A stretch of 64,000 bases of DNA from Dehalococcoidia bacterium (GTDB lineage: Bacteria > Chloroflexota > Dehalococcoidia > Lucifugimonadales > UBA2962), in assembly GCA_965219325.1 (NCBI GenBank), contig OZ244723.1, positions 1,039,963-1,103,962 of the forward strand, written 5' to 3'. This document shows, one piece after another, positions 7,245 through 16,589 of the stretch. Within the stretch, counting starts at the first letter, position 1. The number at the start of each line of letters is the position of its first letter. The position numbers and the translations under genes were made by a program. A model generated the notes under the pieces. The model ran no database searches. It was not told the DNA's origin and saw only the letters and a program-made list of their open reading frames with translations.

Positions 7245-8023
7245 CGGAAAAGGTCGCTTTCCCGGTCCCTTAGAAGGGGTCGCACGCCCATCGGATCATC
7301 CGGGGGCCCCACCAGCTCTGCCGCCAGTCCGCGAACGATCGCCAGCGGCACGCCCTTCGTCTTGCCCATCACCAGCTCCGCTGCACCTGCAACCTCGTCG
7401 GCAGTGGCCATTTCCGTCACCCTCATCACGCGCCCGAAAGCATCCTCAGTACCTCGGTAGTCGATCAATGGCCTGAGGCCGGCTATTCCGATGGCGACGT
7501 TGGCGTGGCCTGTGCGCCATGGGCGGCCGAAGGTGTCGGCGATAACGACCGCGAGACTTTCGATCCCCGCAAGGGCCCTTACCTGCCCGGCGATCGCCAT
7601 CGCCGATGCGTCGGGATCCTCAGGCAGCAGCAGGGCCACGTCTCGGCCCGGCACGTTGGATGTGTCGATGCCGGAATTCGCACACACGAGGCCGTGCGCC
7701 GTCTCGGTGATCAGAATGCCGCGCTCCGGGTCCTCCCTGATGATCGCCCGGCTTTCCCTGAGCGCCAGCTCGACCATTCTGGCGTCCTTGCCGCTCGCGG
7801 CGGCGAACCGTATCGCCCTTTCGGAGGGTTCGACCCCGAGGAGGCTTACCTGCCGGCCCTCCGCCTTGGAGACCACCTTCTGGGCAACGACGAGGACGTC
7901 CCCCTCTTCGAAGGGATCTCCCTGCTCAAGAGCGGCCCTTACGAACAGCTCCGGTACGTCGTCTCCAGGCTCGACCTGCGGGATGCCACCTATGCCGATG
8001 ATATTGATTCGCTGGATGGCCAT
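7241..8023 (-). CDS. cofE: coenzyme F420-0:L-glutamate ligase
   Basis: IPQVEPGDD..., GDVLVVAQKVVSKAEGR, TAHGLVCANSGID.SN, and DTFGRPWR.G..NVAIG are CofE/FbiB N-domain signatures. Confidence 0.85.
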   Translation of the reverse strand: MAIQRINIIGIGGIPQVEPGDDVPELFVRAALEQGDPFEEGDVLVVAQKVVSKAEGRQVSLLGVEPSERAIRFAAASGKDARMVELALRESRAIIREDPERGILITETAHGLVCANSGIDTSNVPGRDVALLLPEDPDASAMAIAGQVRALAGIESLAVVIADTFGRPWRTGHANVAIGIAGLRPLIDYRGTEDAFGRVMRVTEMATADEVAGAAELVMGKTKGVPLAIVRGLAAELVGPPDDPMGVRPLLRDRESDLFR

Positions 8024-8154
8024 GCTGAGCGCCCCTGTGAATCGGGGCGCTCGGGTTTATAGCACGGCGTTTTTCGGGCTGTCAACGCCGGAATCCCCGG
8101 TGCTATACTCACCGTCGCCACGCCGTCCCCGATCCGGCCTGGTGAGTTCCTAGT

Positions 8155-9063
8155 ATGTCCGATCATTTGCCGTCCACGCCGCTGTGCAGAAGCTTGCTCT
8201 TCGTGCCCGGCAACCGTCCCGACATGCTCGACAAGGCGCTCGGACTACGTCCAGACGTGTTCGTTCCGGACATGGAGGACTCGGTGCCGGCGTCCGAGAA
8301 GCGGTCGGCCCGCATCTGCGTTTCCGACCACCTCAGTCGCCTTGCCGGGACGGACAGGCCCGTCCTGCCCAGGGTCAACGCAATAGGGTCGGCGCTGATC
8401 GACGACGACCTGGCGGCGGTAGTCGGACCTCAGGTATACGGGGTGTCCGTGGGCAAGGTTGGCTCGGCCGCCGATCTGGCCGTCCTCGACGCCAAGCTGT
8501 CGCGCCTGGAGGCGGCGGCGGGTCTGGACCCCGGCTCCATCCGGGTCGTGGCCTGGTTGGAAACCGCGGCGGGGATCGTTGGGGCCGCCGACATATGCCG
8601 GTCTTCCGCTCGTCTCGCCGCGGTTGCCTTCGGGGCAGAGGACCTGACAAACGACATGGAGATGCCGCGGCACGTCGACGGAGGGGAGAACCCGGCGCTT
8701 GCCTTTGCCCGCAGCTCGATCACCCTCGCTGCGCGGGCGGCGGACATCCCGGCCCTGGACACGCCCTTCTTCGGTTTTCGTGATACGGACGGCCTCGAGC
8801 GCGACTGCGCCCGCGCGCGGTCTGCCGGTTTTGCCGGAAAGTTCGCCATCCACCCCGCCCAGATAGACGTGATCAACAGGGCATTTTCGCCATCCCCACA
8901 GGAGGTCGAGCGCGCCCTGCGGGAGGTGGAGGCGTTCGAAGCCGCCGAGCGGGAGGGCAGAGGCTCCACCTCGCTCGACGGCCAGGTCATAGACGTGCCC
9001 GTGGTAGAAAGGGCGCGTAAGCTGCTGCGCCGGCACCAGGCCGTGCGCTCGGAGGGACATTGA
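8155..9063 (+). CDS. HpcH/HpaI aldolase / citrate lyase beta subunit-like (CitE-type acyl-CoA lyase)
   Basis: RSLLFVPGNRPDMLDKA...PDMEDSV, ...ETA.G...A..I, FGAEDL, and K.AIHPAQI..IN..F.PS..E...A. Confidence 0.8.
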   Translation: MSDHLPSTPLCRSLLFVPGNRPDMLDKALGLRPDVFVPDMEDSVPASEKRSARICVSDHLSRLAGTDRPVLPRVNAIGSALIDDDLAAVVGPQVYGVSVGKVGSAADLAVLDAKLSRLEAAAGLDPGSIRVVAWLETAAGIVGAADICRSSARLAAVAFGAEDLTNDMEMPRHVDGGENPALAFARSSITLAARAADIPALDTPFFGFRDTDGLERDCARARSAGFAGKFAIHPAQIDVINRAFSPSPQEVERALREVEAFEAAEREGRGSTSLDGQVIDVPVVERARKLLRRHQAVRSEGH

Positions 9064-9064
9064 T

Positions 9065-9487
9065 ATGGCGGAGGACCGCATTCACCTTAAGGGGATGGTG
9101 TTCTACGGGCATCATGGTGTCAGCCCTGAAGAACAGGCCCTCGGCCAGAGGATCGAGGTGGACCTGGAGGTCGAGGCCGATCTGGCGGCGGCGGCCCTCG
9201 AGGACGATCCCGGGCAGACCATCGACTACGCCGAGCTCTACCGGATTACGCGCGAGGTAGTGGAGGGGGATCCGGTCCGCCTGCTTGAGACCATCGCTCA
9301 GCGCGTGGCCGATCGCATCCAGGACGAATACGATGTGGGCGCCGTCTGGGTCAAGGTGATGAAGCCCGGCGCGCCCATCGATGGCAGCGTCCTTGGCCAT
9401 GCCGCCGTGGAGATCCTCAGGGAGGCGGAAGAGGAGGAGGAGGAGGAGGAGGAGGACGGCGACGAATACGAGGACGAGCCAGGCTAG
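9065..9487 (+). CDS. folB: dihydroneopterin aldolase with an unusual poly-Glu/Asp C-terminal tail
   Basis: DRIHLKGMVFYGHHGVSPEEQALGQRIEVDLEV...TIDYAELY....LLE..A..VA and V.V.V.KPGAPI. The protein ends in REAEEEEEEEEEDGDEYEDEPG. Confidence 0.8.
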   Translation: MAEDRIHLKGMVFYGHHGVSPEEQALGQRIEVDLEVEADLAAAALEDDPGQTIDYAELYRITREVVEGDPVRLLETIAQRVADRIQDEYDVGAVWVKVMKPGAPIDGSVLGHAAVEILREAEEEEEEEEEDGDEYEDEPG

Positions 9488-9490
9488 TCA

Positions 9491-9778
9491 ATGCTCCTTC
9501 TGATCAGCTTTAAGGCAAGGGAAAGCTATACCGAGGAGGTCGGGAGGCGCGGTCTGGAGCTGTTCGCCCGCTGGGAGCAGCCCGAGGGCTTTCGGATGCT
9601 GCACCACTACCTGCGCGCGGACGGCGGAGGCATAGCCATCGTCGAGGCGGAGACGGCGGCCGCGGTGCTCGACTTTACGATGTCATTCGACTTCGAGCAC
9701 ACCTATGAGGTGACGCCGGTCGTGGAGGCCTCGGAAGCGGTGACGATCTTTAGGAAGATAGAAGAGTGGCGTTCCTGA
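9491..9778 (+). CDS. small DUF3303-like protein (hypothetical)
   Basis: 95-aa ORF (MLLLISFKARE...W.QPEGF..LHHY...DGGGIAIVEAE....VL.F...F....YEVTPVVE). It resembles DUF3303 by eye only. Confidence 0.5.
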   Translation: MLLLISFKARESYTEEVGRRGLELFARWEQPEGFRMLHHYLRADGGGIAIVEAETAAAVLDFTMSFDFEHTYEVTPVVEASEAVTIFRKIEEWRS

Positions 9779-9908
9779 GACGCCGGAGCTGGGTTTGGCA
9801 GCCGGACGCTGGCTTTCGACGACCTATCCTTAGGGCGTGTCAGGCCGCGCGCGAGCCGGCTGCTAAACTGGTCGGCGCCCCATGCCACCAAGGGAGGAGG
9901 ACCAGTAA

Positions 9909-10091
9909 ATGCCCATAGTCAAGGTCGAGATGTGGCCCGGCAGGACCCGGGACCAGAAGGCCAAGCTGGCGCGCGAGATAACGGACGCCTTTGAGCGCAT
10001 CGGCACCCCCAGGGAGGCGACCATAGTCGTGTTCGAAGATGTCGAAAAGCACAACTGGGCCCAGGCCGGGGCCCTGGCGGACGAGTCGTAA
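9909..10091 (+). CDS. 4-oxalocrotonate tautomerase family enzyme
   Basis: 60 aa starting MPIVKVEMWPGRTRDQKAKLAREITDAF, with the catalytic Pro1 and typical length. Confidence 0.8.
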   Translation: MPIVKVEMWPGRTRDQKAKLAREITDAFERIGTPREATIVVFEDVEKHNWAQAGALADES

Positions 10092-10097
10092 GGCTCA

Positions 10098-10127
10098 TTG
10101 ACCGCCCGCTTTCGGGCAGTCTATACT
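10098..10127 (+). promoter_or_regulatory. sigma70-type promoter for the T-box leader/trp operon
   Basis: TTGACC (10098-10103), 18-nt spacer, TATACT (10122-10127). Confidence 0.5.
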
Positions 10128-10133
10128 CAGGTT

Positions 10134-10457
10134 TATAGACAGATATAGCAGAAGGCTGCGAACAGGAATAGTAGGTCTCCAGCACGGCCGAGAGAGCCGG
10201 GTGAGCTGTGAACCGGTGCCGGGGGCAGAGACCGAATGGACCTGGGAGCCGCCGCCCGAGCCGCAAGGTCGGGGGGAATGCGTCGTCGGACGCTGCTCCC
10301 CACCGAGCGGGGTAGGGTTGGACGGGATTGGCTCCGTTACAAATGCCCGGGGCGCCGAGCGCGTCCCTTAAGAGAGTCCCGGCCGCGCGCCGGGAAAACA
10401 GGGTGGCACCGCGGCAAGGCCCGTCCCTCGATTGGGGGCGGGCCTAATTTTTTGCGC
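10134..10457 (+). promoter_or_regulatory. T-box riboswitch leader, Trp (UGG) specifier
   Basis: Stem I AGAGAG (10191-10196) followed by GGTGAGCTGTGAACC. Specifier context GAA-TGG-A has TGG at 10237-10239. The T-box core is aaaacaGGGTGGCACCGCGG (10396-10414), followed by a terminator. The UGGC bulge matches the GCCA 3' end of the tRNA-Trp at 30240-30317. The downstream genes are trpS and trp biosynthesis. Confidence 0.85.
10418..10453 (+). terminator. intrinsic terminator of the T-box expression platform
   Basis: GGCCCGTCCC-tcgatt-GGGGGCGGGCC followed by TAATTTTTT. Confidence 0.8.
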
Positions 10458-10472
10458 CTTAGGGCGGGTCAT

Positions 10473-11498
10473 ATGAACGAAGAGAAGATACGGGTTTTTT
10501 CCGGGATACAGCCGTCGGGCAACATGCAGCTGGGCAACTACCTTGGCGCGGTCAAGGGCTGGGTCGACGGGCAGGGTCGCGGCATCAACTACTTTTGCAT
10601 CGTCGACCTTCATGCGATAACGGTCAGGCAGGACCCGGAAGAGCTGCGCGAGCAGACGCGATCACTCGCTGCCATGCTGTTCGCCTGCGGAATCGATCCG
10701 GCACTCAGCACCCTTTTCGTCCAGAGCCACGTCTCGGCCCACGCCGAGCTCGCCTGGATTCTCAACTGCGTCACCCCGGTGGGCTGGCTTGAGCGTATGA
10801 CCCAGTACAAGGAAAAGGCCCGGAACCGCGAGCGCGTATCCGTGGGCCTGCTCGACTATCCGGTGCTGCAGACCGGGGACATAGTGCTGTACGACACCCA
10901 CGAGGTTCCGGTGGGGGAGGATCAGCGCCAGCACGTTGAGCTTGCCCGGGACATCGCAGAACGCTTCAACCGCCTCTACGGCGACACCTTCGTCGTGCCC
11001 AGACCCGTTATCTCCCAGGTGGCCGCCAAGGTGATGGCCCTTAACGATCCCATGGTGAAGATGTCCAAGAGCTTCGCACACGTCCGCGGGCACGCCGTAC
11101 AGATGCTGGACGAGCCCGGGGAGATAGAGCGGACCTTTAAGCGAGCGGTGACCGATTCCGGCAATGAGATCAGGTTCTCCGACGACCCGGACAAAGCCGG
11201 GGTGAACAACCTGCTCGGCATCTACCAGGTGGTCACCGGCAAGGCCGAAGCGCAGGTGGAGGCTGATTTCGCCGGCGCAAGGGGGTACGGGGACCTGAAG
11301 GCGCGTGTGGCCGAGGTCGTGATGGACGAGCTTTCGCCGATCAGGGCCCGTTACGCCGGGCTGATGCGCGATCCGGGCGAGTTGGACCGGCTGCTGCGTA
11401 TCGGTGCGGAGTCCGCCAGCGATTTCGCCGTGCCCAAGCTGGATGCGGTCAAGGAGCGGGTGGGACTGACCAGCCCCGGCATGGGCACGCTGGACTAA
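10473..11498 (+). CDS. trpS: tryptophan--tRNA ligase
   Basis: ORF track 10236..11498 trimmed to ATG 10473, because the upstream part is the T-box RNA. MNEEKIRVFSGIQPSGNMQLGNYLG, and KMSKS is present (VKMSKSF). Confidence 0.9.
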   Translation: MNEEKIRVFSGIQPSGNMQLGNYLGAVKGWVDGQGRGINYFCIVDLHAITVRQDPEELREQTRSLAAMLFACGIDPALSTLFVQSHVSAHAELAWILNCVTPVGWLERMTQYKEKARNRERVSVGLLDYPVLQTGDIVLYDTHEVPVGEDQRQHVELARDIAERFNRLYGDTFVVPRPVISQVAAKVMALNDPMVKMSKSFAHVRGHAVQMLDEPGEIERTFKRAVTDSGNEIRFSDDPDKAGVNNLLGIYQVVTGKAEAQVEADFAGARGYGDLKARVAEVVMDELSPIRARYAGLMRDPGELDRLLRIGAESASDFAVPKLDAVKERVGLTSPGMGTLD

Positions 11499-11501
11499 GA
11501 G

Positions 11502-13013
11502 ATGAACGCCGCCGAATACGTCCCTTCGCTTGACGAGGTGCTCGGACTGCGGTCCCGGGTGACCGAGGGCAATCTCGTGCCGATATCCCGTGACATCAGG
11601 GCTGATCTCGAGACTCCCGTCTCGGCCTACATGAAGGTCGCGCGCGGGCCATACTCGTTCCTGCTTGAGAGCGTCGAGGGGGGAGAGCGCATCGCCCGCT
11701 ACAGCTTCATCGGCACCGAGCCCTACGATGTCATAAAGACGGGCCCGGGACAGCCCCACGGCCTTGTGGACCCGCTCTTGCCGGTGGAGACCGCGCTCTC
11801 CGGCTTCAAGGTCGTGCCCGGATTCGAGTCCACCCGGTTCGACGGCGGTGCCGTGGGCTACCTGGCCTATGAGGCGGTAAACCACTTCGAGCGCCTACCC
11901 TCGCCCGAGCTAGATTCGCTCGGCCTCCCCGAGTCGGTCTTCATGCTCTGCGACACCTATCTCGTCTTCGACCACGTTCGCCACCGAATCCGCATCATCA
12001 GCCACGCGAGGCTCGACGGAGATGTCGCCGCCTCCTACCGACGTGCGAGGGCGAGAATCGACGAGATCGCCGAGCGGCTCGAGTCGCCCCTGGGATCCTC
12101 ATCTGGAGCCCTGGCGAGGGAACGAAGGGGGCGAGCGGTGAGGGTGGAGACCAGCGCCGGCTCCGCAGCACTGGACATCGCCGGCGTTCCCGTGACCGCC
12201 AACATGAGCCGGGACCACTACGATGACGCCCTGTCCACGATCAACGACTACATACACGCAGGGGACTGCATCCAGGTAGTTTTCGCCCAGCGCTTCAGCG
12301 TTGCCGCCGATGCGCCGCCACTGGACATCTATCGGGCGCTTCGGAGCATCAACCCGTCGCCGTACATGTTCTACCTGGACCTGGACGGCTTTCAGATCAT
12401 AGGCTCTTCCCCGGAGATGCTCGTGCGCTGCGTCGATGGCGAGATCGACTACCACCCCATAGCGGGCACCCGCCCCAGGGGGGCCAGCAGGGAGGAGGAC
12501 GACAGGCTTGCCGCCGAGATGCTTGGAGACGAGAAGGAGCAGGCGGAGCACATCATGCTCGTCGACCTCGGCCGCAATGACGTCGGACGGGTCAGCGCCC
12601 CCGGCACGGTCGAGGTCACGCAGCTGATGGACGTGGAGCGTTACTCGCACGTCATGCACATCGTCTCCCACGTCAGGGGGCGCCTGCGTTCCGACATGAC
12701 CTGCTATGACGCCCTGCGCGCCTGCTTTCCGGCGGGAACCGTATCGGGCGCGCCCAAGATCAGGGCGATGGAGATCATCGCCGAGCTCGAGCCGGAAAAG
12801 CGCGGACCATATGCCGGGGCGGTCGGATACTTCTCACTCTCGGGCCACATGGATACGGCCATAGCCCTGCGAACCATGGTGATCAAGGAAGGCGTCGCCC
12901 ACGTGGAGGCCGGCGGCGGCATAGTCGCCGACAGCGACTGCGACGCCGAGTACGAAGAGACCATCAACAAGGCCAGCGCCGTAGTCAGGTCGATATCGGA
13001 GGCCGGGCCATGA
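11502..13013 (+). CDS. trpE: anthranilate synthase component I
   Basis: 503 aa with chorismate-binding blocks (SPE.LV, HPIAGTRPRG, LVDL.RND.GRV, GAPK.RAMEII.ELE...RG.YAGAVGYF). Confidence 0.9.
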   Translation: MNAAEYVPSLDEVLGLRSRVTEGNLVPISRDIRADLETPVSAYMKVARGPYSFLLESVEGGERIARYSFIGTEPYDVIKTGPGQPHGLVDPLLPVETALSGFKVVPGFESTRFDGGAVGYLAYEAVNHFERLPSPELDSLGLPESVFMLCDTYLVFDHVRHRIRIISHARLDGDVAASYRRARARIDEIAERLESPLGSSSGALARERRGRAVRVETSAGSAALDIAGVPVTANMSRDHYDDALSTINDYIHAGDCIQVVFAQRFSVAADAPPLDIYRALRSINPSPYMFYLDLDGFQIIGSSPEMLVRCVDGEIDYHPIAGTRPRGASREEDDRLAAEMLGDEKEQAEHIMLVDLGRNDVGRVSAPGTVEVTQLMDVERYSHVMHIVSHVRGRLRSDMTCYDALRACFPAGTVSGAPKIRAMEIIAELEPEKRGPYAGAVGYFSLSGHMDTAIALRTMVIKEGVAHVEAGGGIVADSDCDAEYEETINKASAVVRSISEAGP

Positions 13014-13591
13014 TCCTGCTCATAGATAACTACGACTCCTTCACCTACAACATCTACCAGTTCATGTGCGAGCTGGGAGCACAGGTTGAGGTGCTTCGCA
13101 ACGACGAGGCGACGATCGAGGAGATCGACCTGATGGCCCCGGAGCGCATCGTGGTGTCCCCCGGACCGAAGACGCCATCTGAGGCCGGCGTCTCCGTCGA
13201 CGCCGTACGCCACTTCGGTCCCAGGCTTCCCGTGCTCGGGGTCTGCCTCGGGCACCAGTGCGTGGGCGAGGCCTTCGGGGGCTCAGTGGGCGCGGCCGGC
13301 GAGATAATGCATGGGAAGACCTCGCTCGTGCACCACGACGGCCTGGGCGTGTTTGCGGGACTTCCCAGCCCGTTCAAGGCGATCCGGTACCACTCGCTTG
13401 CCATCGACCGCGATCGCCTTCCCGGGGACTTGCAGGTCTCCGCCTGGACCGAGCGGGGAGTGATAATGGGCGTTCGCCACGCCGATCACCCGGTCGAGGG
13501 AGTGCAGTTCCACCCCGAGTCGATCAAGACCGAGCACGGCAAGGCCCTCCTTAAGAATTTCATCGAGCTTCCCCTCCCCTCAACTGGGTGA
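13010..13591 (+). CDS. trpG: anthranilate synthase component II (glutamine amidotransferase)
   Basis: MILLIDNYDSFTYN..., PGPK.P, GVCLGHQ, and GVQFHPES. There is a 4-nt overlap with trpE. Confidence 0.9.
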   Translation: MILLIDNYDSFTYNIYQFMCELGAQVEVLRNDEATIEEIDLMAPERIVVSPGPKTPSEAGVSVDAVRHFGPRLPVLGVCLGHQCVGEAFGGSVGAAGEIMHGKTSLVHHDGLGVFAGLPSPFKAIRYHSLAIDRDRLPGDLQVSAWTERGVIMGVRHADHPVEGVQFHPESIKTEHGKALLKNFIELPLPSTG

Positions 13592-13595
13592 GCCG

Positions 13596-14609
13596 ATGAT
13601 CAAGGAGGCGATAGACACCCTCGTTTCAGGGACGGACCTTAGCGGCGACCAGACGGCCGCGGTCATGGCCGAGATCATGGACGGGACGGCCACCCCGGCG
13701 CAGTTCGGTGCCTTTGTCACGGCGCTGCGGCTTAAGGGTGAGACACCGCAGGAGATCGCGGGAATGGCCCGCGCAATGCGCGATCGATCCCTGCGCGTCA
13801 ACGTGCCCGGCCCGCTGGTCGACACCTGCGGCACCGGGGGCGATTCTTCAGGCACGTTCAACATATCGACGACCTGTGCCTTCGTCGTCGCCGGGGCCGG
13901 CGTGAAGGTCGCAAAGCACGGGAACCGGGCAATGAGCTCCGGCTCGGGCAGCGCCGATGTGCTCGAGGCCCTCGGCGCCAGGGTCGACCTCGGTCCGTCC
14001 GGCGTCGAGAGGTGCCTTAACGAGACGGGCTTCGGGTTCATGTTCGCCCAGAGGTTCCATCCCTCGATGAAGTTCGCCGCCGGCCCGAGGCGCGAGATCG
14101 GCATACGCACCGTCTTTAACATACTCGGCCCGCTAACGAACCCCGCCGGCGCACGTGCCCAGATGATCGGGGTCGCCGATCCCGCGGTCGCCCCGAAGAT
14201 GGCCCGCGTGCTGTCCTTGCTCGGGTCGGACCGCGCGCTGGTCGTGCATGGAGGCGGAGGTCTCGACGAGATCAGCCTCGCCGGCGAGAGCCGCGTTTGG
14301 GAGCTCAGCCGCGGCGAGGTACGTGAGTACACCGTTGCGGCCGAGGAGATTGGCCTTTGCCAGGTGGACGCAGAGTCGATCCGCGTGGACGGCGCCGACC
14401 AGAGCGCAAGGGTCCTTCGGGACGTCTTGTCCGGCTCGAGCACGCCGGCGCGGCAGGTCGTGCTGGCCAACGCTGCCGCGGCCCTGCTTGCGGCCGATCG
14501 CGTCGACTCTCTCAGCGAGGGAGTCGGTCTGGCTGCACGGTCAATAGACTCCGGCGCCGCCGCAGGCGTCCTGGAGGCCTTCGTCGACCTGAGCCGGGAC
14601 CTGGGATAG
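13596..14609 (+). CDS. trpD: anthranilate phosphoribosyltransferase
   Basis: DTCGTGGDSSGTFNIST..A.V.A.AGV.VAKHGNRA.SS.SGSADVLEALG. Confidence 0.9.
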   Translation: MIKEAIDTLVSGTDLSGDQTAAVMAEIMDGTATPAQFGAFVTALRLKGETPQEIAGMARAMRDRSLRVNVPGPLVDTCGTGGDSSGTFNISTTCAFVVAGAGVKVAKHGNRAMSSGSGSADVLEALGARVDLGPSGVERCLNETGFGFMFAQRFHPSMKFAAGPRREIGIRTVFNILGPLTNPAGARAQMIGVADPAVAPKMARVLSLLGSDRALVVHGGGGLDEISLAGESRVWELSRGEVREYTVAAEEIGLCQVDAESIRVDGADQSARVLRDVLSGSSTPARQVVLANAAAALLAADRVDSLSEGVGLAARSIDSGAAAGVLEAFVDLSRDLG

Positions 14610-14619
14610 GGGGGAGCAG

Positions 14620-15420
14620 ATGCCTTCAGCGGATGCCCCGGACATACTCAGGCAGATAGTCGAGGTAAAGGCGCGCGAGGTCGAGCGACTCAAGCGCGCC
14701 GTTCCAGCACCGGAGCTGGAAGCGCGGGCGGGACGCCAGCGGTCCCCCCTCAACCTGGCGGGCGCCCTCACCGGGGCCGGAATTCGCATAATCGCCGAGA
14801 TAAAAAAGCGCTCCCCGGCCAAGGGCGACCTTCGGACCGACCTGGACGTCGCGGCGCTTGCGGGCGACTACATCCACGGAGGTGCGGCGGCCATCTCCGT
14901 CCTTACCAACGCCGACCACTTCGGCGGCAGCGTCGATGACCTGTCAACGGTCGCCGAGCTCGCCCACGGACGGGAAATTCCGGTACTGCGCAAGGAGTTC
15001 ATATTCGATCCATATCAGGTGCTCGAAGCCAGGGCCTACGGCGCCGATGCCATACTCCTGATCGTGGCCATGCTGAACCCGGATGAGCTGTCGAGCCTGA
15101 AGCGGCTGGCGGAGAAGATGTGGATGCAGGCACTCGTCGAGGTGCACGATGAGGCGGAGCTCGAGGTGGCCCTAGAGGTTGGGGCTGAGATCATCGGCAT
15201 CAATAACCGCGACCTGCGCACGTTCGTCACAGATCTGGCGACGACGGAGCGACTGGCGGGCCGGGTCCCCGCCGGAAAGCTCGTCGTCGGAGAGAGCGGG
15301 ATCCATGGCCGGGAGGATCTGCACCGCATAGCCGCCGCGGGGGCCCACGCCGCTCTCATCGGGGAATCCCTGGTAGTCTCGGCGGACCCGGTCGCCAAGC
15401 TAAGGGACCTGCTCGCATGA
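14620..15420 (+). CDS. trpC: indole-3-glycerol phosphate synthase
   Basis: IIAEIKKRSPAKG, AISVLT....F.GS, LRKEFI.D.YQ, and GINNRDL.TF. Confidence 0.9.
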   Translation: MPSADAPDILRQIVEVKAREVERLKRAVPAPELEARAGRQRSPLNLAGALTGAGIRIIAEIKKRSPAKGDLRTDLDVAALAGDYIHGGAAAISVLTNADHFGGSVDDLSTVAELAHGREIPVLRKEFIFDPYQVLEARAYGADAILLIVAMLNPDELSSLKRLAEKMWMQALVEVHDEAELEVALEVGAEIIGINNRDLRTFVTDLATTERLAGRVPAGKLVVGESGIHGREDLHRIAAAGAHAALIGESLVVSADPVAKLRDLLA

Positions 15421-16091
15421 CGCTGGTAAAGATCTGCGGCCTGAAGGATCCGGTCACCGCCTCGGTCGCCGCCGACGCGGGGGCGGACCTCATTGGTTTC
15501 GTGTTCGTCGAGGGTGTCAGGCGCCAGCTCACTCCCGAAAGGGGCGCCGCCATCATCTCCAGATATCGCAGGGCACGCCGACGCCCCGGCCCCGGTCTGG
15601 TCGGACTGTTTGCAAATCAGCCGGCAGGCTTCGTCAACGAGGTGGCTCGGACCTGTCGCCTGGACTTCGTCCAGCTGTGCGGCGGCGAGGGCCCCGACTA
15701 TTGGCAGCGCATGGAAGCGGCGGTCATAAGGCAGATCAAGGTGCGACTGGATGAGCCCGGCATAGACGACGTCACGGGCCGGTTAATGGAGGATGTTGAC
15801 CGTGTCCACAGGGCCGGGCACAGGCCTATGCTGGATGCCTACGAACCCGGCCAGCTCGGCGGCACCGGCTCGACTTTCGATTGGTCGATCGCCAGGGCCG
15901 TTGCGGCTACCCGGAAAATCGTTCTCGCAGGTGGTTTGACACCGGATAACGTCGGCGCTGCAATCGAAATGGTCGCACCCTGGGCCGTAGACGTATCGAG
16001 TGGTGTAGAAACCGATGGCGAAAAGAACCACGCCAAGATAGGGGCGTTCCTTGAGGCCGCCCGCGCGGCGGATGGAGCCTTGACACCCTGA
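15417..16091 (+). CDS. trpF: phosphoribosylanthranilate isomerase
   Basis: VKICGL......A...GAD.IGFVF, GGTG..FDW, and LAGGL.P.NV. There is a 4-nt overlap with trpC. Confidence 0.85.
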   Translation: MTLVKICGLKDPVTASVAADAGADLIGFVFVEGVRRQLTPERGAAIISRYRRARRRPGPGLVGLFANQPAGFVNEVARTCRLDFVQLCGGEGPDYWQRMEAAVIRQIKVRLDEPGIDDVTGRLMEDVDRVHRAGHRPMLDAYEPGQLGGTGSTFDWSIARAVAATRKIVLAGGLTPDNVGAAIEMVAPWAVDVSSGVETDGEKNHAKIGAFLEAARAADGALTP

Positions 16092-16134
16092 GCGGCAGTC
16101 GCCTAGCCTGAGCGCCGCACCCGCTTGTAGGCAT

Positions 16135-16155
16135 GCCCGCCGGACCCGGCGGGGC
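16135..16155 (+). terminator. GC hairpin after trpF (weak terminator candidate)
   Basis: GCCCGCCGG-ac-CCGGCGGGGC with no clear U-tract. Confidence 0.3.
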
Positions 16156-16181
16156 AGTACTAAGAAACTTCGGGGGGACAG

Positions 16182-16574
16182 TTGGCTTACGAATTCAATC
16201 ACGTCCATCTCAAGGCCGAGGACCCGGCCGCAGCTGCCGAATGGTATGGCAGGGCGTTCGGCTTTACGGTCGCAAACGACTGGTCAAGGGAGTTCGGCGA
16301 CCGCTTCATCGCCTGCGACACCGTTGACGGGGTTCGGGTCAACATCTCCAACGCCAGGACCGGCGAATCTCTCGGAGCGGGCGACCCCGGCGCGCACTAC
16401 GGCATAGAGCACTTCGGCGTGAACGTTGACGATGTCGATGCCGAGATCGAGCGTCTGGGTGGCCTTGGGGCCGAACTGCTCGAGGGCCCCATCGATGTGG
16501 CGGGAGGTCTTCGCATCGCCTTCGTCAAGTGTCCCCAGGACACCAGGGTCGAGTTGCTGCAGCTGCCCGGGTAG
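16182..16574 (+). CDS. VOC (glyoxalase/bleomycin resistance/dioxygenase) family protein
   Basis: FNHVHLKAEDP..AA.WY...FGF and IEHFGV.VDDVDAE..RL...GAE are the typical paired beta-alpha-beta-beta-beta module. Confidence 0.75.
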   Translation: MAYEFNHVHLKAEDPAAAAEWYGRAFGFTVANDWSREFGDRFIACDTVDGVRVNISNARTGESLGAGDPGAHYGIEHFGVNVDDVDAEIERLGGLGAELLEGPIDVAGGLRIAFVKCPQDTRVELLQLPG

Positions 16575-16589
16575 GGCAGGGCTGACGCC

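Noticed and set aside
10236-10472. 79-codon N-terminal extension of the trpS ORF.
   Set aside because: The region carries the T-box specifier, the T-box core and the terminator. The TrpRS homology starts at ATG 10473.
10662-11885. 407-aa minus-strand ORF antisense to trpS/trpE. Similar long antisense ORFs occur at 45297-46505, 37793-38902, 26269-27441, 13580-14470, 22446-23210, 25412-26230 and 8245-9081.
   Set aside because: They lie opposite genes with unmistakable family motifs. They are Arg/Gly/Pro/His-rich with no recognisable motifs. Stop-free antisense frames of this kind are expected in GC-rich DNA.
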